Assembly: GCA_965218395.1 (NCBI GenBank)
Contig: OZ244620.1
Span: forward strand, 2,961,546 to 3,025,545
DNA: 64,000 bases
Reading direction: 5' to 3'
Source: an uncultured Candidatus Binatia bacterium
GTDB taxonomy: Bacteria; Desulfobacterota; Binatia; Bin18
Shown here: piece by piece, positions 37,004 to 46,558 of the stretch
How the letters are laid out: each line of letters starts with the position of its first letter
How positions within the stretch are numbered: position 1 is the first letter of the stretch
The notes under the pieces: generated by a model
Seen by the model: only the letters and a program-made list of their open reading frames with translations
The model's database searches: none
What the model was told of the DNA's origin: nothing
Position numbers and translations under genes: made by a program

Positions 37004-37615
37004 ATGGCTAGCGTAGAATTCTTTTACGATTACTCCAGCCCGTGGACCTATCTGGCGTTCACGAAAATCGAGGGGCTGTGCCGCAAATACAACGCGGATC
37101 TTCAGTGGCGTCCGTTTCTGGTGGGCGGGGTGTTCAATACGGTCAATCCTTCGGTGTATGAATTCCGAGAAAAGGGGGTGCCGGCCAAGCAGCACTATAC
37201 GGCCAAAGATATGAGTGACTGGGCGCGCTACTATGGCCTGAAAATTATCATGCCCCCCTCCGTTTTCCCGGTGAATTCGGTCAAGGCGCTGCGGGGCGCA
37301 TTGGTCGCGCTCGAACATCCCGGCACGTTTCTGCCCTATAGCTATCGGGTGTTTGAAACCTACTGGGGCGAGGATCAGGATATCAGTCAGGATGAGGTGT
37401 TGCGAAAAATCGTCGCAGCGGTCGGCCTCGATGGAGAGGAATACTTCGACAAGATCAAACGTCAGGACTACAAGGATCGGATTCGAGCCAACACGGACGC
37501 GGTGATCGAACGCGGCGGCTTCGGGACGCCGACGATCTATGTCAACGGCGACTCCATGTTTTTCGGGAATGACCGGCTGGTCTTGGTTGAGGAAGAATTA
37601 AAACGCAGTGCGTAG
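37004..37615 (+). CDS. 2-hydroxychromene-2-carboxylate isomerase / DsbA-like (kappa-GST) family protein
   Basis: MASVEFFYDYSSPWTYLAF N-terminus with Ser in the active-site position. 203 aa. Confidence 0.8.
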   Translation: MASVEFFYDYSSPWTYLAFTKIEGLCRKYNADLQWRPFLVGGVFNTVNPSVYEFREKGVPAKQHYTAKDMSDWARYYGLKIIMPPSVFPVNSVKALRGALVALEHPGTFLPYSYRVFETYWGEDQDISQDEVLRKIVAAVGLDGEEYFDKIKRQDYKDRIRANTDAVIERGGFGTPTIYVNGDSMFFGNDRLVLVEEELKRSA

Positions 37616-37641
37616 CCGAGCTGGGCGAAAAGGACACGCAA

Positions 37642-37676
37642 AAGAGGGCAGCCATCATAGCTGCCCTCTTTATGGT
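37642..37676. terminator. Bidirectional rho-independent terminator (AAGAGGGCAGC-CATCATA-GCTGCCCTCTT, then T-rich)
   Basis: Perfect 11-bp stem between the convergent HCCA-isomerase and ferredoxin genes, flanked by A-rich and T-rich runs. Confidence 0.7.
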
Positions 37677-37702
37677 TTCTTTCACCGATGTGCCCTGAGG
37701 CG

Positions 37703-38056
37703 TTAGCCGTCCCAGCCCCACTTCTGCTTGTTGGCTACAATCTCATCCGCGCTGGGATGGTCTATCTTCTCATGCCCGGCGACCTCAAAATCCGCTTCGT
37801 CGTCAACCATCGCGTAGTTGAGCGGGGTATCGGATTCAAACACGTCGGGGACGGCGACCTCCTCAAAAATGGCCTGCCAGGGACATTCGGGCTCACACGC
37901 CCCACAGTCAATACATTCGTCCGGATGGATATAGAGTTGGTTCGGGAACTTTTCGGCATCATCGCCGGTGTATTTATAAATACAGTCAACCGGACAAACG
38001 GCCACACAGCCTGTGTCGACGCAGTCCCGGCATAGTCTCGTGATGATGTATGTCAT
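37703..38056 (-). CDS. Ferredoxin (FdxA-like, 4Fe-4S/3Fe-4S)
   Basis: [17 protein letters not shown] and [12 protein letters not shown] cluster motifs. Confidence 0.85.
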   Translation of the reverse strand: MTYIITRLCRDCVDTGCVAVCPVDCIYKYTGDDAEKFPNQLYIHPDECIDCGACEPECPWQAIFEEVAVPDVFESDTPLNYAMVDDEADFEVAGHEKIDHPSADEIVANKQKWGWDG

Positions 38057-38267
38057 CGTCTCCTCCTTGCATCATAGCCAACCCGGGCGAGCAGCAGGAA
38101 AGAACAGACCCGCCCCGCGAGCCCCACAGTGCTATCGCATCGTTTCGGGCAGGTCAATTACAGACGCAGACGAGGCCGCACACCTGTCTGGCGGACCGTG
38201 CGGGACCTTGGTAGGAGCCGCCATCTGACCCGGAACGAGCGGTCCGTGGTGAGAGAGGAAGACGCTA

Positions 38268-40433
38268 TCACACACAGGCTGAGTGGGCGCGGTGATAGTC
38301 CGTCACCAGACGGAGGGCCGCCGCAGCCCGCTCATGGGTGGCCACGGTGGCGATGCCGCGTTGCTGAAACTGGGCCCGGGCGTGGAGCAGACTCGCCTCG
38401 TGGGCAAACGGTTGCAGCACGACAAAAAAGGGCTTGGCTGAACGCGCGGCAAAGCGACTCAGCGTATCGAGCAGGGTTGTCAGAGTTTGAGGACGGGCTG
38501 CCCACTGCCCGGCCACTAGGCCGGCCCCCGTATCCATGACAATCGCATCAATATGCGGGTCACGGTCAAGGATGGAGAGCAGGCGGTCCAGGGTATCCGT
38601 CATCTGGCCCATCCCGATCGTATGACCGGAATCGAGCGGATTGCGAAAGCTGCCGCCAATGACGTTAAAGAATGAAGACAGTTCTTCGTAAGAGGCGTCA
38701 CTGAGCGGGGGAACCCGCAGCCCGGCGGCGGCAAAGGCATCGGTGAGACTGACCGAGGGACCCCCCGTCATGGCAATCAGCCCCACGCCGTCTCCGGTGG
38801 CTGGTTTGGTCAAGCGCAACAGCTTGATCACGTCAAGCAGCTCATCAAAACTGCTTACGGAGACGGCGCCGGCCTGACGGACCAGAGACGCCCAGACGGC
38901 AGCCGGAACGGCGAGTGAGCCGGTGTGTGACGCGGTGGCCCGCTGGCCGGCCTCGGTCTGGCCACCCTTCCAGATAATAACCGGCTTGTGGGGGGTGACC
39001 TCGCGCAGCAAGGTAAAGAAGCGCCGCCCTTCGCGTACGCCCTCAAGGTACATCCCGATAATTTCCGTTTCGTCGTCGTGAGCCAGATAGTCGAGGTAGT
39101 CACTGGCATCGAGGACTGCCGCATTACCAAAGCTGACCGCTTTACTCATACGCAGCCCATGACTGGCGGCCGCCATACTGAAGGTGATCGTGTGGGTGCC
39201 GCTCTGGCCGATAAAACCGACTGAGCCCGACTCTCCGGTCGGCAGGTCGGGGTAGTTACGGAGGCCGATTTTGGGATGGTAGATGCCCATGCAGTTCGGA
39301 CCGATCAGGGCGAGCCCGGCCTCCTGGGCGGTTTTAGTCACTGTCTGTTCCAAGCGTTGGCCTTCTTCGTCGTGGACCTCGGAGAAGCCCGAGGTGAAGA
39401 GCATCACCCCGGCGACCTTTTTCGCGACACACGCCGCAACGATATGCGGCGCGACCTGGCGGGGCACCGCGGTTATGACGTAGTCAACGTCTTCCGGAAT
39501 CGACTCCAGGCTGGGGTAGTTGGGAACCCCTAAATCCGTAATGCCCTGGATTTCCCGCTCGTCAATCTGGACGGAATAGACCCGACCCTCGAAGGTGCTC
39601 TGGCTCCGCAACCACAGATAATTCATGGCGCGTTTATCGCCGACCACGGCAACCGTCCGCGGATGAAACGTGCGCGCCAGGGCCGCTCGGGTCGCGTCCG
39701 ACAGCGGGCGGGGCAGGGCGCGGGGTCCCTCGGCGTGGAGGACGACGTGGGCATCAACGGCGAGACAGCCGTCTGCGTAGGCAAAAACCGGGTTGAGGTC
39801 GAGCTCCTGGATATCCGGCTGAGCCTCGGCTAAGGCCGACAGGGAGAGGAGGGCCTGCTCCAGGGCGGCCAGGTCAACGGCGACCTGACCGCGATGGCCG
39901 CTGAGCAACGGAAATCCGCTGATTTCACGGAGCATGCGCGCGGCCTCCTGCGGGCGGAGCGGCGCTCCCCCGAAGGCCACATCTTTGAGCATCTCGACAT
40001 GCACCCCACCCAGGCCAAACATGACGAGCGGCCCGAACTGCGGATCGGAGGTCAGGCCGATAATAACCTCAACGCCCGGCCGGGCCATAGGTTGAACCGA
40101 GACGCCTTCGATGACGGCGTCCGGCTGTGTAGTGCGGCCGGCGGTCATGATGGCATCAAACGCGCGGCGAACGGCGGCTTCCGTGGCGAGATTGAGCTGC
40201 ACGCCGCCGCTATCGCTCTTATGCACAACGTCGGCTGAGCTGATCTTGAGCGCAACCGGGAAATCCATATCTCGGGCGAGCGTTACGGCCTCTTCGGCGG
40301 TGCGGGCCAGCTCCGTTGGGACGCTAGGGATACCGGCCGACCGGACGAGCGCTTTTGCCTCGCTTTCGGTCAGCACAAAGCGCTGCTGCTCTTTTGCCTT
40401 TTGGATAATGCTGCGAGCAGTGGTGTCGGCCAT
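38268..40433 (-). CDS. Acetate--CoA ligase (ADP-forming)-type acyl-CoA synthetase, fused, with the ATP-grasp (beta) region N-terminal to the CoA-binding (alpha) region
   Basis: The N-terminal ATP-grasp block (FPVALKISSADVVHKSDSGGV) precedes the CoA-binding/ligase-CoA blocks (VAVVGD...NCMGI...). Start chosen after GAGGGGGAAG. Confidence 0.8.
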   Translation of the reverse strand: MADTTARSIIQKAKEQQRFVLTESEAKALVRSAGIPSVPTELARTAEEAVTLARDMDFPVALKISSADVVHKSDSGGVQLNLATEAAVRRAFDAIMTAGRTTQPDAVIEGVSVQPMARPGVEVIIGLTSDPQFGPLVMFGLGGVHVEMLKDVAFGGAPLRPQEAARMLREISGFPLLSGHRGQVAVDLAALEQALLSLSALAEAQPDIQELDLNPVFAYADGCLAVDAHVVLHAEGPRALPRPLSDATRAALARTFHPRTVAVVGDKRAMNYLWLRSQSTFEGRVYSVQIDEREIQGITDLGVPNYPSLESIPEDVDYVITAVPRQVAPHIVAACVAKKVAGVMLFTSGFSEVHDEEGQRLEQTVTKTAQEAGLALIGPNCMGIYHPKIGLRNYPDLPTGESGSVGFIGQSGTHTITFSMAAASHGLRMSKAVSFGNAAVLDASDYLDYLAHDDETEIIGMYLEGVREGRRFFTLLREVTPHKPVIIWKGGQTEAGQRATASHTGSLAVPAAVWASLVRQAGAVSVSSFDELLDVIKLLRLTKPATGDGVGLIAMTGGPSVSLTDAFAAAGLRVPPLSDASYEELSSFFNVIGGSFRNPLDSGHTIGMGQMTDTLDRLLSILDRDPHIDAIVMDTGAGLVAGQWAARPQTLTTLLDTLSRFAARSAKPFFVVLQPFAHEASLLHARAQFQQRGIATVATHERAAAALRLVTDYHRAHSACV

Positions 40434-40568
40434 AGCTTCCCCCTCTGATGCCTGAGTGCCTTTCTTATCCGAGGCGGCGGGAGGGGGCAATCTGAATGGG
40501 AAGCCATCTCCTGCTCAGGCCGAGCGGGAGAGGCTCGGATGCCGGCGGAGAAAGGCTAGACTCCGACC

Positions 40569-41243
40569 CTAGCCGTCTTTTTGCTCGATCTGCTTGCGCA
40601 GGGCGGCCAGCTCGTCCCGAAGCGCTTGGAGTGGCGCGGCCAACATCCCCCCGACCACGTCTTGGACGAACTTCTCAATATATTTCCCCTGCATATCCCC
40701 TTCGATATTGACCCGGTCACCGGGCTGGCGCTGATGCAGCGTGGTGACGGCGTGGGTGTGGGGAATAATGGCACAGGTAAATGCTGTGGGCTGACAATCG
40801 AAGACCGTCAGACTGATACCATCAACCGCCACCGAACCCTTCTCCACCAGGTAGCGACTGAGTTCGGCTGGGATCGCAAAGGTATACAGCAACGAATCGC
40901 CTTCCGGCCGAATGGCTGTGACCTGTCCAACTCCGTCAACATGACCCCAGACCAGATGACCGGACAGACGGTCCTCAAGTCGGAGCGAGCGTTCCAGATT
41001 CACACTATCGCCAACTTGGAGTTCTCCCAGAGTCGTGCGTCGCAGAGACTCGGCCGAAACGTCAAAGCTGAGTTGGTCGGCCTCAATGGCGGTCACCGTC
41101 AGGCAGGCGCCACTCGTACAAATGCTCTCACCCTGACTGATTTCTTGTGTAGGGATACTGGTCCGCAGCCTGAGACAAACCCCTTCGGCAATGGTGTCGA
41201 TCTGCGTGATTGTTCCGGTTGTTTCAATGATACCGCTAAACAT
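40569..41243 (-). CDS. ribE: Riboflavin synthase (alpha chain)
   Basis: MFSGIIETTG... with two lumazine-binding repeats. Start is internal to ORF 40569-41405. Confidence 0.9.
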   Translation of the reverse strand: MFSGIIETTGTITQIDTIAEGVCLRLRTSIPTQEISQGESICTSGACLTVTAIEADQLSFDVSAESLRRTTLGELQVGDSVNLERSLRLEDRLSGHLVWGHVDGVGQVTAIRPEGDSLLYTFAIPAELSRYLVEKGSVAVDGISLTVFDCQPTAFTCAIIPHTHAVTTLHQRQPGDRVNIEGDMQGKYIEKFVQDVVGGMLAAPLQALRDELAALRKQIEQKDG

Positions 41244-41299
41244 AATACCTCGGAGAGAGTGGGAATGCAGAAGCCTGGTGTCCGGCTCCACCCCCGGTC

Positions 41300-41911
41300 T
41301 TAGCCCGCTGCCTGCACGCTCGGCTGCTCTTTGAGCCGGTTGATCCAAGCCGCAAGCCTGGGATGCGGAATATCGACATTCAGCCTGGGAAACAGGAGTG
41401 CCCACGACACGTACGGAATATCTGCCAGGGTCAATGTCGAGCCGACCAGGAAGTCATTATTGCCCAGCTCGTTTGTGAGGTGATCGAAGCACAGGTGCAG
41501 AGCCCTAGTCGCTTGCGAGACAACCTCGTGGTCAGCCGCCCCGCCGCCCTGCATGGGTTTGAGCAGCAGCTCGGCGGCAAGGGTTGCCACGGCGTGCTCA
41601 TACGGATTATCGGCATAATGCATGAGGACGCGCGCCCGGGCTCGTTGTCCCCGATCGTCCGGGAGCAGGGGCGGGGTGGGGTAGGCCTCGTTCAAGTATT
41701 CCATAATAATGGTGGACTCATAGACCGTTGTCCCATCGTCCTGGAGCGCGGGGACTTTCCCAGAGGGATTAATGGCCAGATATTCGGGCGTTTTCTGCTC
41801 GCCCTTGGTGATGTCAATCGGCACCCTGTCATACTCCAGCCCCTTTGCCGCAAGGGTGATCCGCACCTTGCGCGCCCGGGGAGACAGGGAAAAGTCGTAG
41901 AGTTTAATCAT
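41300..41911 (-). CDS. Glutathione S-transferase
   Basis: MIKLYDFSLSPRARKV... GST fold. Confidence 0.85.
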   Translation of the reverse strand: MIKLYDFSLSPRARKVRITLAAKGLEYDRVPIDITKGEQKTPEYLAINPSGKVPALQDDGTTVYESTIIMEYLNEAYPTPPLLPDDRGQRARARVLMHYADNPYEHAVATLAAELLLKPMQGGGAADHEVVSQATRALHLCFDHLTNELGNNDFLVGSTLTLADIPYVSWALLFPRLNVDIPHPRLAAWINRLKEQPSVQAAG

Positions 41912-42179
41912 GGTTGCTCTCTTGTCCGGCTGCTGTTTGCTCTTGGTGTGGGGCCGTTTTTCGACGGTTGATGATCCTGTGGGCCGTGTCTTTGAGACGG
42001 AGGTGCCAGCGTTTCGCCCACTCAAAATCTCGACTCAGAATCCCAAAGCTGACAAAGATCAAGACAATGCCCGGACCAGGAATGCCGGGCAGGCTGAGGA
42101 AGAGGCCCACCAGCAGGAGCATAATCCCGCCAACGATCCGGCAAATCCGCCAGAACTGAGCACGTGCCGCACGAAGCAT
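41904..42179 (-). CDS. PGPGW-domain small membrane protein
   Basis: LPGIPGPG motif between two TM segments. Confidence 0.55.
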   Translation of the reverse strand: MLRAARAQFWRICRIVGGIMLLLVGLFLSLPGIPGPGIVLIFVSFGILSRDFEWAKRWHLRLKDTAHRIINRRKTAPHQEQTAAGQESNHD

Positions 42180-42216
42180 GTTTGGTCAGCCTCACACTCA
42201 AGAAGGTCAAGACAGG

Positions 42217-42552
42217 CTAGCCATCATCGAGAATTTTGCCACTGCGGGCCTTTTCTACCGTCTCATCGAACTGGGGCCCGAGATCAACGCCCATCTCTCT
42301 TGCTCGTTTCTTTGCCCACAGGCCAACGTTGCGGTTGTCGCGGTAGAATGTTTCGTCTCTCGGGGCCGTGGTGTCCAGATTCTTGAGCCGCGCCTCTTCA
42401 CCCTGATGATAGGCAAAACGCGAGAGTATCCGGGTGAGGCGGCGTCGCTGGCAGTATTGACACCGAGGAGATTTCTGGACGTCTCCGAGCTTCATAAAAA
42501 GGAGACTTTGCTGCCTGTTGCACGCCCGACAGTAGTATTCATAGATCGGCAT
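42217..42552 (-). CDS. FmdB-family zinc-ribbon protein
   Basis: MPIYEYYCRACNR...CQYCQ pattern. Confidence 0.6.
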   Translation of the reverse strand: MPIYEYYCRACNRQQSLLFMKLGDVQKSPRCQYCQRRRLTRILSRFAYHQGEEARLKNLDTTAPRDETFYRDNRNVGLWAKKRAREMGVDLGPQFDETVEKARSGKILDDG

Positions 42553-42693
42553 AGTATTTTTCTTCCCCTATCATACCTGTGTTGAGGGTGCTATAGAAAA
42601 ATCTACTTCACCGTGTTTGGACGAGCGGATGGAACTGCTGGAGGCTGTGGTGGCATACGCTGGTGAGAGAAAACCTGAGCTAGGATCAGGAGT

Positions 42694-43440
42694 GTGTACT
42701 ACCCCGAAGAAGAGCGCCACGGCTCATGTTTCCCGTGGGCAAACCACATTCTCATGGGAGCGATGCTGTGCTGTTTTGCCTACGAGCTCACACTCGGCCC
42801 GGCCTTCCAACCCTTCCTCACGACCTACGGCTGGATTCCCGCCCAATTTTCTCTGGCGCTAACCCAGGGCCAACTCCCCCTCTCTTCTTCGCTTATTGTC
42901 TGTCTCTTTTTGCATGGGGGCGGGCTGCATCTGGTCGGCAATCTCCTCTGCCTGTTCTTTCTCGGGAACGCAGTAGAGGCGCGGTTGGGGGCAGTGCGGT
43001 ACGTGGTGCTGTATCTGGGTGGAAACGTCATCGCCCTCTTAACCCAGGCGGCGATGACTCCGTTTTCCTCGACCCCAATGATAGGCTCGAGTGGGGCGAT
43101 TGCCGCAGTCGCAGGTGTCTATTGTCTGCTTTTTTTCTCACCCCAAGAGCCCGCTAGCACCGCGCCGCCCTCTCCCCGGCCTCCTGAAGGTTCTCCTACC
43201 ATCATCCTCCTGAGCGGCTGGCTCTTCTTTCATTTGTTTGGCGCCGTCTCTGTATACGCTATCGGAGAAACCGCTTTATTTTCATCGAGCCCTATTGCCT
43301 GGGGAGCCCATATTGGTGGTTTTCTTGGCGGTATCATCCTCGGTCCGCTCCTGTTGTCTTCTCCGGAAAGACGTCGCCGCAGACCCGCTGTCGATCTCGT
43401 GCCACTGATGTTGCATCGACCCAAATCTCTGCTCCGCTAG
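42694..43440 (+). CDS. Rhomboid-family intramembrane serine protease
   Basis: GSSGAIAAVAGV (GxSG) and AHIGGFLGG (His), separated by TM helices. Confidence 0.8.
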   Translation: MYYPEEERHGSCFPWANHILMGAMLCCFAYELTLGPAFQPFLTTYGWIPAQFSLALTQGQLPLSSSLIVCLFLHGGGLHLVGNLLCLFFLGNAVEARLGAVRYVVLYLGGNVIALLTQAAMTPFSSTPMIGSSGAIAAVAGVYCLLFFSPQEPASTAPPSPRPPEGSPTIILLSGWLFFHLFGAVSVYAIGETALFSSSPIAWGAHIGGFLGGIILGPLLLSSPERRRRRPAVDLVPLMLHRPKSLLR

Positions 43441-43446
43441 CGGCGC

Positions 43447-43492
43447 GAGCGGGGACGAATTGCTCTCTTGACGATGCGGAGTGTCCCCGCTC
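43447..43492. terminator. Hairpin GAGCGGGGAC...GTCCCCGCTC (10-bp stem) between convergent genes
   Basis: Lies 7 nt after the rhomboid stop. The loop is large (26 nt). Possible bidirectional terminator. Confidence 0.35.
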
Positions 43493-43519
43493 TTGGTCAG
43501 GCGAGCAGGATGGGTGCAT

Positions 43520-44008
43520 TCAGTTTAATTGTGCGGAAAGGGCGGCAAGGGTTCGGCGCGCGGTCAGTGAACGGGGCTCAACCGCAAGCGCTCGTCCAAA
43601 TTCTCGGGCTGCCTGGAGGAGATTCCCTTTTGTGAGCGCAATCCGGCCCAGATTCAGATGTGGATAATGCGGCGTGTCATACTGGGCCGCCTCTAGCGCG
43701 TGCTCCAACCATGGGACGGCGGCGTCCAGCTTGCCCATCTTCATCAGATAGAGCCCGATATCGTTGTACGGATTGCCAAACTCGGGGTTGAGGGCAATGG
43801 CGGTGCGGCATTCTTGAATGGCGTCCTCGTAACGCTGGAGAAAACTATACGTCCAACCCAGAGAAGTATGCGCCTCTGCGGTCGGATGCAGTTGGATGGA
43901 TTCCTGATAGAAACGCAGGGCCTCTCCCAGATCGCCTTGTCTTTGGGCCTGATCGCCTTTGTATAAGAGTGCCGATGCCTTTTCCTCGCGGTCTTTTATT
44001 ATATCCAT
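43520..44008 (-). CDS. TPR-repeat protein
   Basis: Four TPR-like units (GDLGEALRFYQESIQLHP...). Confidence 0.7.
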   Translation of the reverse strand: MDIIKDREEKASALLYKGDQAQRQGDLGEALRFYQESIQLHPTAEAHTSLGWTYSFLQRYEDAIQECRTAIALNPEFGNPYNDIGLYLMKMGKLDAAVPWLEHALEAAQYDTPHYPHLNLGRIALTKGNLLQAAREFGRALAVEPRSLTARRTLAALSAQLN

Positions 44009-44062
44009 ATACTCGTTCCTGTGGTGAGCGTTATCAGAAAAATGGGTCTGATTTTCCGGCTG

Positions 44063-44824
44063 TCAAGTCCAAGCCGGAGGTTTTGAAGCAGGGGGCGGCG
44101 TAGTGAAGTGGAAATAGAAGGAGAGAGCCGTGTAGTAGAGGGGGTAGTAGAGAGAGGCAATGACAAGCCAGGGGTGGGCCTGGGGGAGCCGGGAGAGCAG
44201 GAGGAGAAGAACGCCAACCCAAGTAGCGCCGAGCACATTCGTCAAGAGGCGCAGGCGAACGGTCCGCGTCGGGTAGATGTAGCGAATAGGGATAAAGACG
44301 CCGAGGGCCAGGAGGAGCACCAGGCTGCCGTTCAGCCAGATGGGCGTACCGCCGGCGTAGAGATAGAACGCCACAATATTCCAGTAGGAGGGAAAGCCGG
44401 TAAAAAAGAAATCCTGTGTCTTGGCCTCCGCCTGACAAAAACCATACGCGCTGGCAAGGAGCACCGCTGCCACGAAGAGCAGCGTCCCGGAAGCCGGCAG
44501 CAGCTGAAACTGATACAAAAAAACAACTGGAACAATGACATAGGTAAAATAGTCAACAAGGTCGTCCAGCTTGGCGCCGTCAAACCAGGGTATAATCCGT
44601 TTCACCTGAACAGCTCTCGCCAGAACGCCGTCGGTCGCATCGATGAGTACCGCGACTAACATCCAGACAAAGGCCAGCCGGGGCCTGCCCAGGAAAATAG
44701 CCTGGAGGGAGAGAAATCCGGCGACGACACCGGAGGCCGTGTAGGCGTGGACTGCCCAGGCGGCAAAAAGACGCAGGCCGTCTTTCACTTCAGGTGATGC
44801 GCTGTCGGCTGAGGGTGGGCTCAT
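44063..44824 (-). CDS. pcs: Phosphatidylcholine synthase (CDP-alcohol phosphatidyltransferase family)
   Basis: Colinear with bacterial Pcs: AVHAYTASG, DATDGVLARAVQVKRIIPWFDGAKLDDLVDYFTYVIVP, FFFTGFPSYWNIVAF. Alternative GTG start at 44788, just after the upstream gene's stop. Confidence 0.8.
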   Translation of the reverse strand: MSPPSADSASPEVKDGLRLFAAWAVHAYTASGVVAGFLSLQAIFLGRPRLAFVWMLVAVLIDATDGVLARAVQVKRIIPWFDGAKLDDLVDYFTYVIVPVVFLYQFQLLPASGTLLFVAAVLLASAYGFCQAEAKTQDFFFTGFPSYWNIVAFYLYAGGTPIWLNGSLVLLLALGVFIPIRYIYPTRTVRLRLLTNVLGATWVGVLLLLLSRLPQAHPWLVIASLYYPLYYTALSFYFHFTTPPPASKPPAWT

Positions 44825-45200
44825 ACAGAATTTGGATGATCGTGCCATCCGGGTCGGCACAGTACAGGGAGCGGCTGCCATCCCGATGGGTCCGGGCTGG
44901 TGTGACGATGGGGACACCGCGCGTCTCCAGTATTGCGGCGGCTCGATCGACCGCGTCGCTGTGCGGAACGATAAACCCGACGTGGTCGAGGCGTTGCCCC
45001 GCCCGGTCGCGTTGGGCCGTCGCCTTATGCAGGGCCAGGTTGTCACAACCCGAGGAGAGGTAGGCATTGTCCGAGTCAGGCTGCCAGACGACCCGCATCC
45101 CAAACAGGGTTGTGTAAAACTCGACCGAAACGGCAACATTCGCCACATTCAGGGCGATATGTCGCAGGCCGGAATGGGAAATTTTTGCCTCAGACGCCAT
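44790..45200 (-). CDS. VOC/glyoxalase-family protein
   Basis: Glyoxalase/bleomycin-resistance fold blocks (LRHIALNV...HVGFIV). Confidence 0.75.
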   Translation of the reverse strand: MASEAKISHSGLRHIALNVANVAVSVEFYTTLFGMRVVWQPDSDNAYLSSGCDNLALHKATAQRDRAGQRLDHVGFIVPHSDAVDRAAAILETRGVPIVTPARTHRDGSRSLYCADPDGTIIQILYEPTLSRQRIT

Positions 45201-45265
45201 GGCTGTCCATCCTATCGCAGGGGCATGCGTATTGTGACAAATCTGGTGCGCGTTGAGTAGGGGAG

Positions 45266-46468
45266 CTATGATTTTTTGAGAAAAATATACAGTTCGCCGC
45301 GTTGGGCCATCAGGCCGGCCTGGGGTTGTGGCCCACTCCCCCAATAGATATCCGCGCGTCCGGGACCGGTAATGGCGGCGCCGCGGTCTTGCAGGGCCAC
45401 AAAACGCGAAAAGGGTTGCCACGCGATCTGCCCGTTTTCCTCCAGGTGGGGCTTGGTGGCACGGATAAAGCCGACCGCTCCCGGCGGATACCAGTTCGGG
45501 TCGATCGCAATCGAACGGCCCGGTGTGAGCGGGACGCCCAGGCTGCCCAGCGGTCCGGCAGAGACAACGCGAAAGAAAATATAACGCCTATTATGGAACA
45601 AGATTTGATTCTGTTCGGCTGGATGCTGCCTCAGATAGCGACGGATGCCCTGGGCCGACGCCTCGCCAGGCAGGAGTTTCCCCTGACTGAGGAGCATCTT
45701 GCCGATGCTCCGGTACGGCCGGCCGTTTGAAGCCGCATAGCCGACCCGAAACCAGGTGCCGTCCGGCAGCCGAATTTTCCCGGAGCCCTGAATATGGAGA
45801 AAAAAACGCTCAACCGGGTCATCCAGCCAGACGAGCTCCTTGTGCTGAGGCGCGAGCAGACGCTGTCCATCAATCTGAGCCCGAGAGAAATAGGGGACGA
45901 GTCCCCCGTTTGCGACGCGACCGTATACATCTTGCGGGAATAGCTGGAAAGAGTGAACGTGTCCAGCTTTTTTGGATGATTGGAGGGCACGTTCACTCTT
46001 CGTCGTAAATTGAGAGACGTCAACCTTCACCAAATCAGTGGGACGGCGATACAGGGGATAACGATAGCGCTCGGTTCGGATAAAGCTGCCTTGCAGTTCG
46101 GGTTCGTGGTAGCCGGTGAAAAGCACTGGTGCGGTCGCCCGATAGAGGTCGAATGCTCGCCGGACCTCCAGAGCGAGATCTCCGGGCTGATCGAGCAGGG
46201 CAAGAAACGCGCCGAGACTCTCTCGGACCCGGGCGGCACTGACCCGTTTCTGTCCAAAGGAAAATGCTTGGGCGTCCGGCTGATGCTCCAGAGCCGCCAG
46301 GCTGTGCTGGAGCACGGTTTTGAGAGATCTGCGATCAAGATCGTCTACTAAAGGGGGAATCTGATCGGCGGGCAGCAGGGTGAGTGTCGGCTCAGCCCGG
46401 CTGTTTGTCACCGGCAGCAGGAAAGCAAAAAAACACAGCAAGAGCAGCGGGCTGGCGGACACTCGCAT
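45266..46468 (-). CDS. mltA: Membrane-bound lytic murein transglycosylase A-like (MltA and 3D domains)
   Basis: LHIQGSGKIRLPDG and the 3D-domain block ALQDRGAAITGPGRADIYWG, plus a signal peptide. Confidence 0.8.
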   Translation of the reverse strand: MRVSASPLLLLCFFAFLLPVTNSRAEPTLTLLPADQIPPLVDDLDRRSLKTVLQHSLAALEHQPDAQAFSFGQKRVSAARVRESLGAFLALLDQPGDLALEVRRAFDLYRATAPVLFTGYHEPELQGSFIRTERYRYPLYRRPTDLVKVDVSQFTTKSERALQSSKKAGHVHSFQLFPQDVYGRVANGGLVPYFSRAQIDGQRLLAPQHKELVWLDDPVERFFLHIQGSGKIRLPDGTWFRVGYAASNGRPYRSIGKMLLSQGKLLPGEASAQGIRRYLRQHPAEQNQILFHNRRYIFFRVVSAGPLGSLGVPLTPGRSIAIDPNWYPPGAVGFIRATKPHLEENGQIAWQPFSRFVALQDRGAAITGPGRADIYWGSGPQPQAGLMAQRGELYIFLKKS

Positions 46469-46558
46469 TATTCCTCGGCTCTTCTCTTGCCGCTCTCACA
46501 CCAGGCAGGCTGACGGCTGTTGTGGTGAACCCTTTTACCCGACCTCATGTTGATTGAG

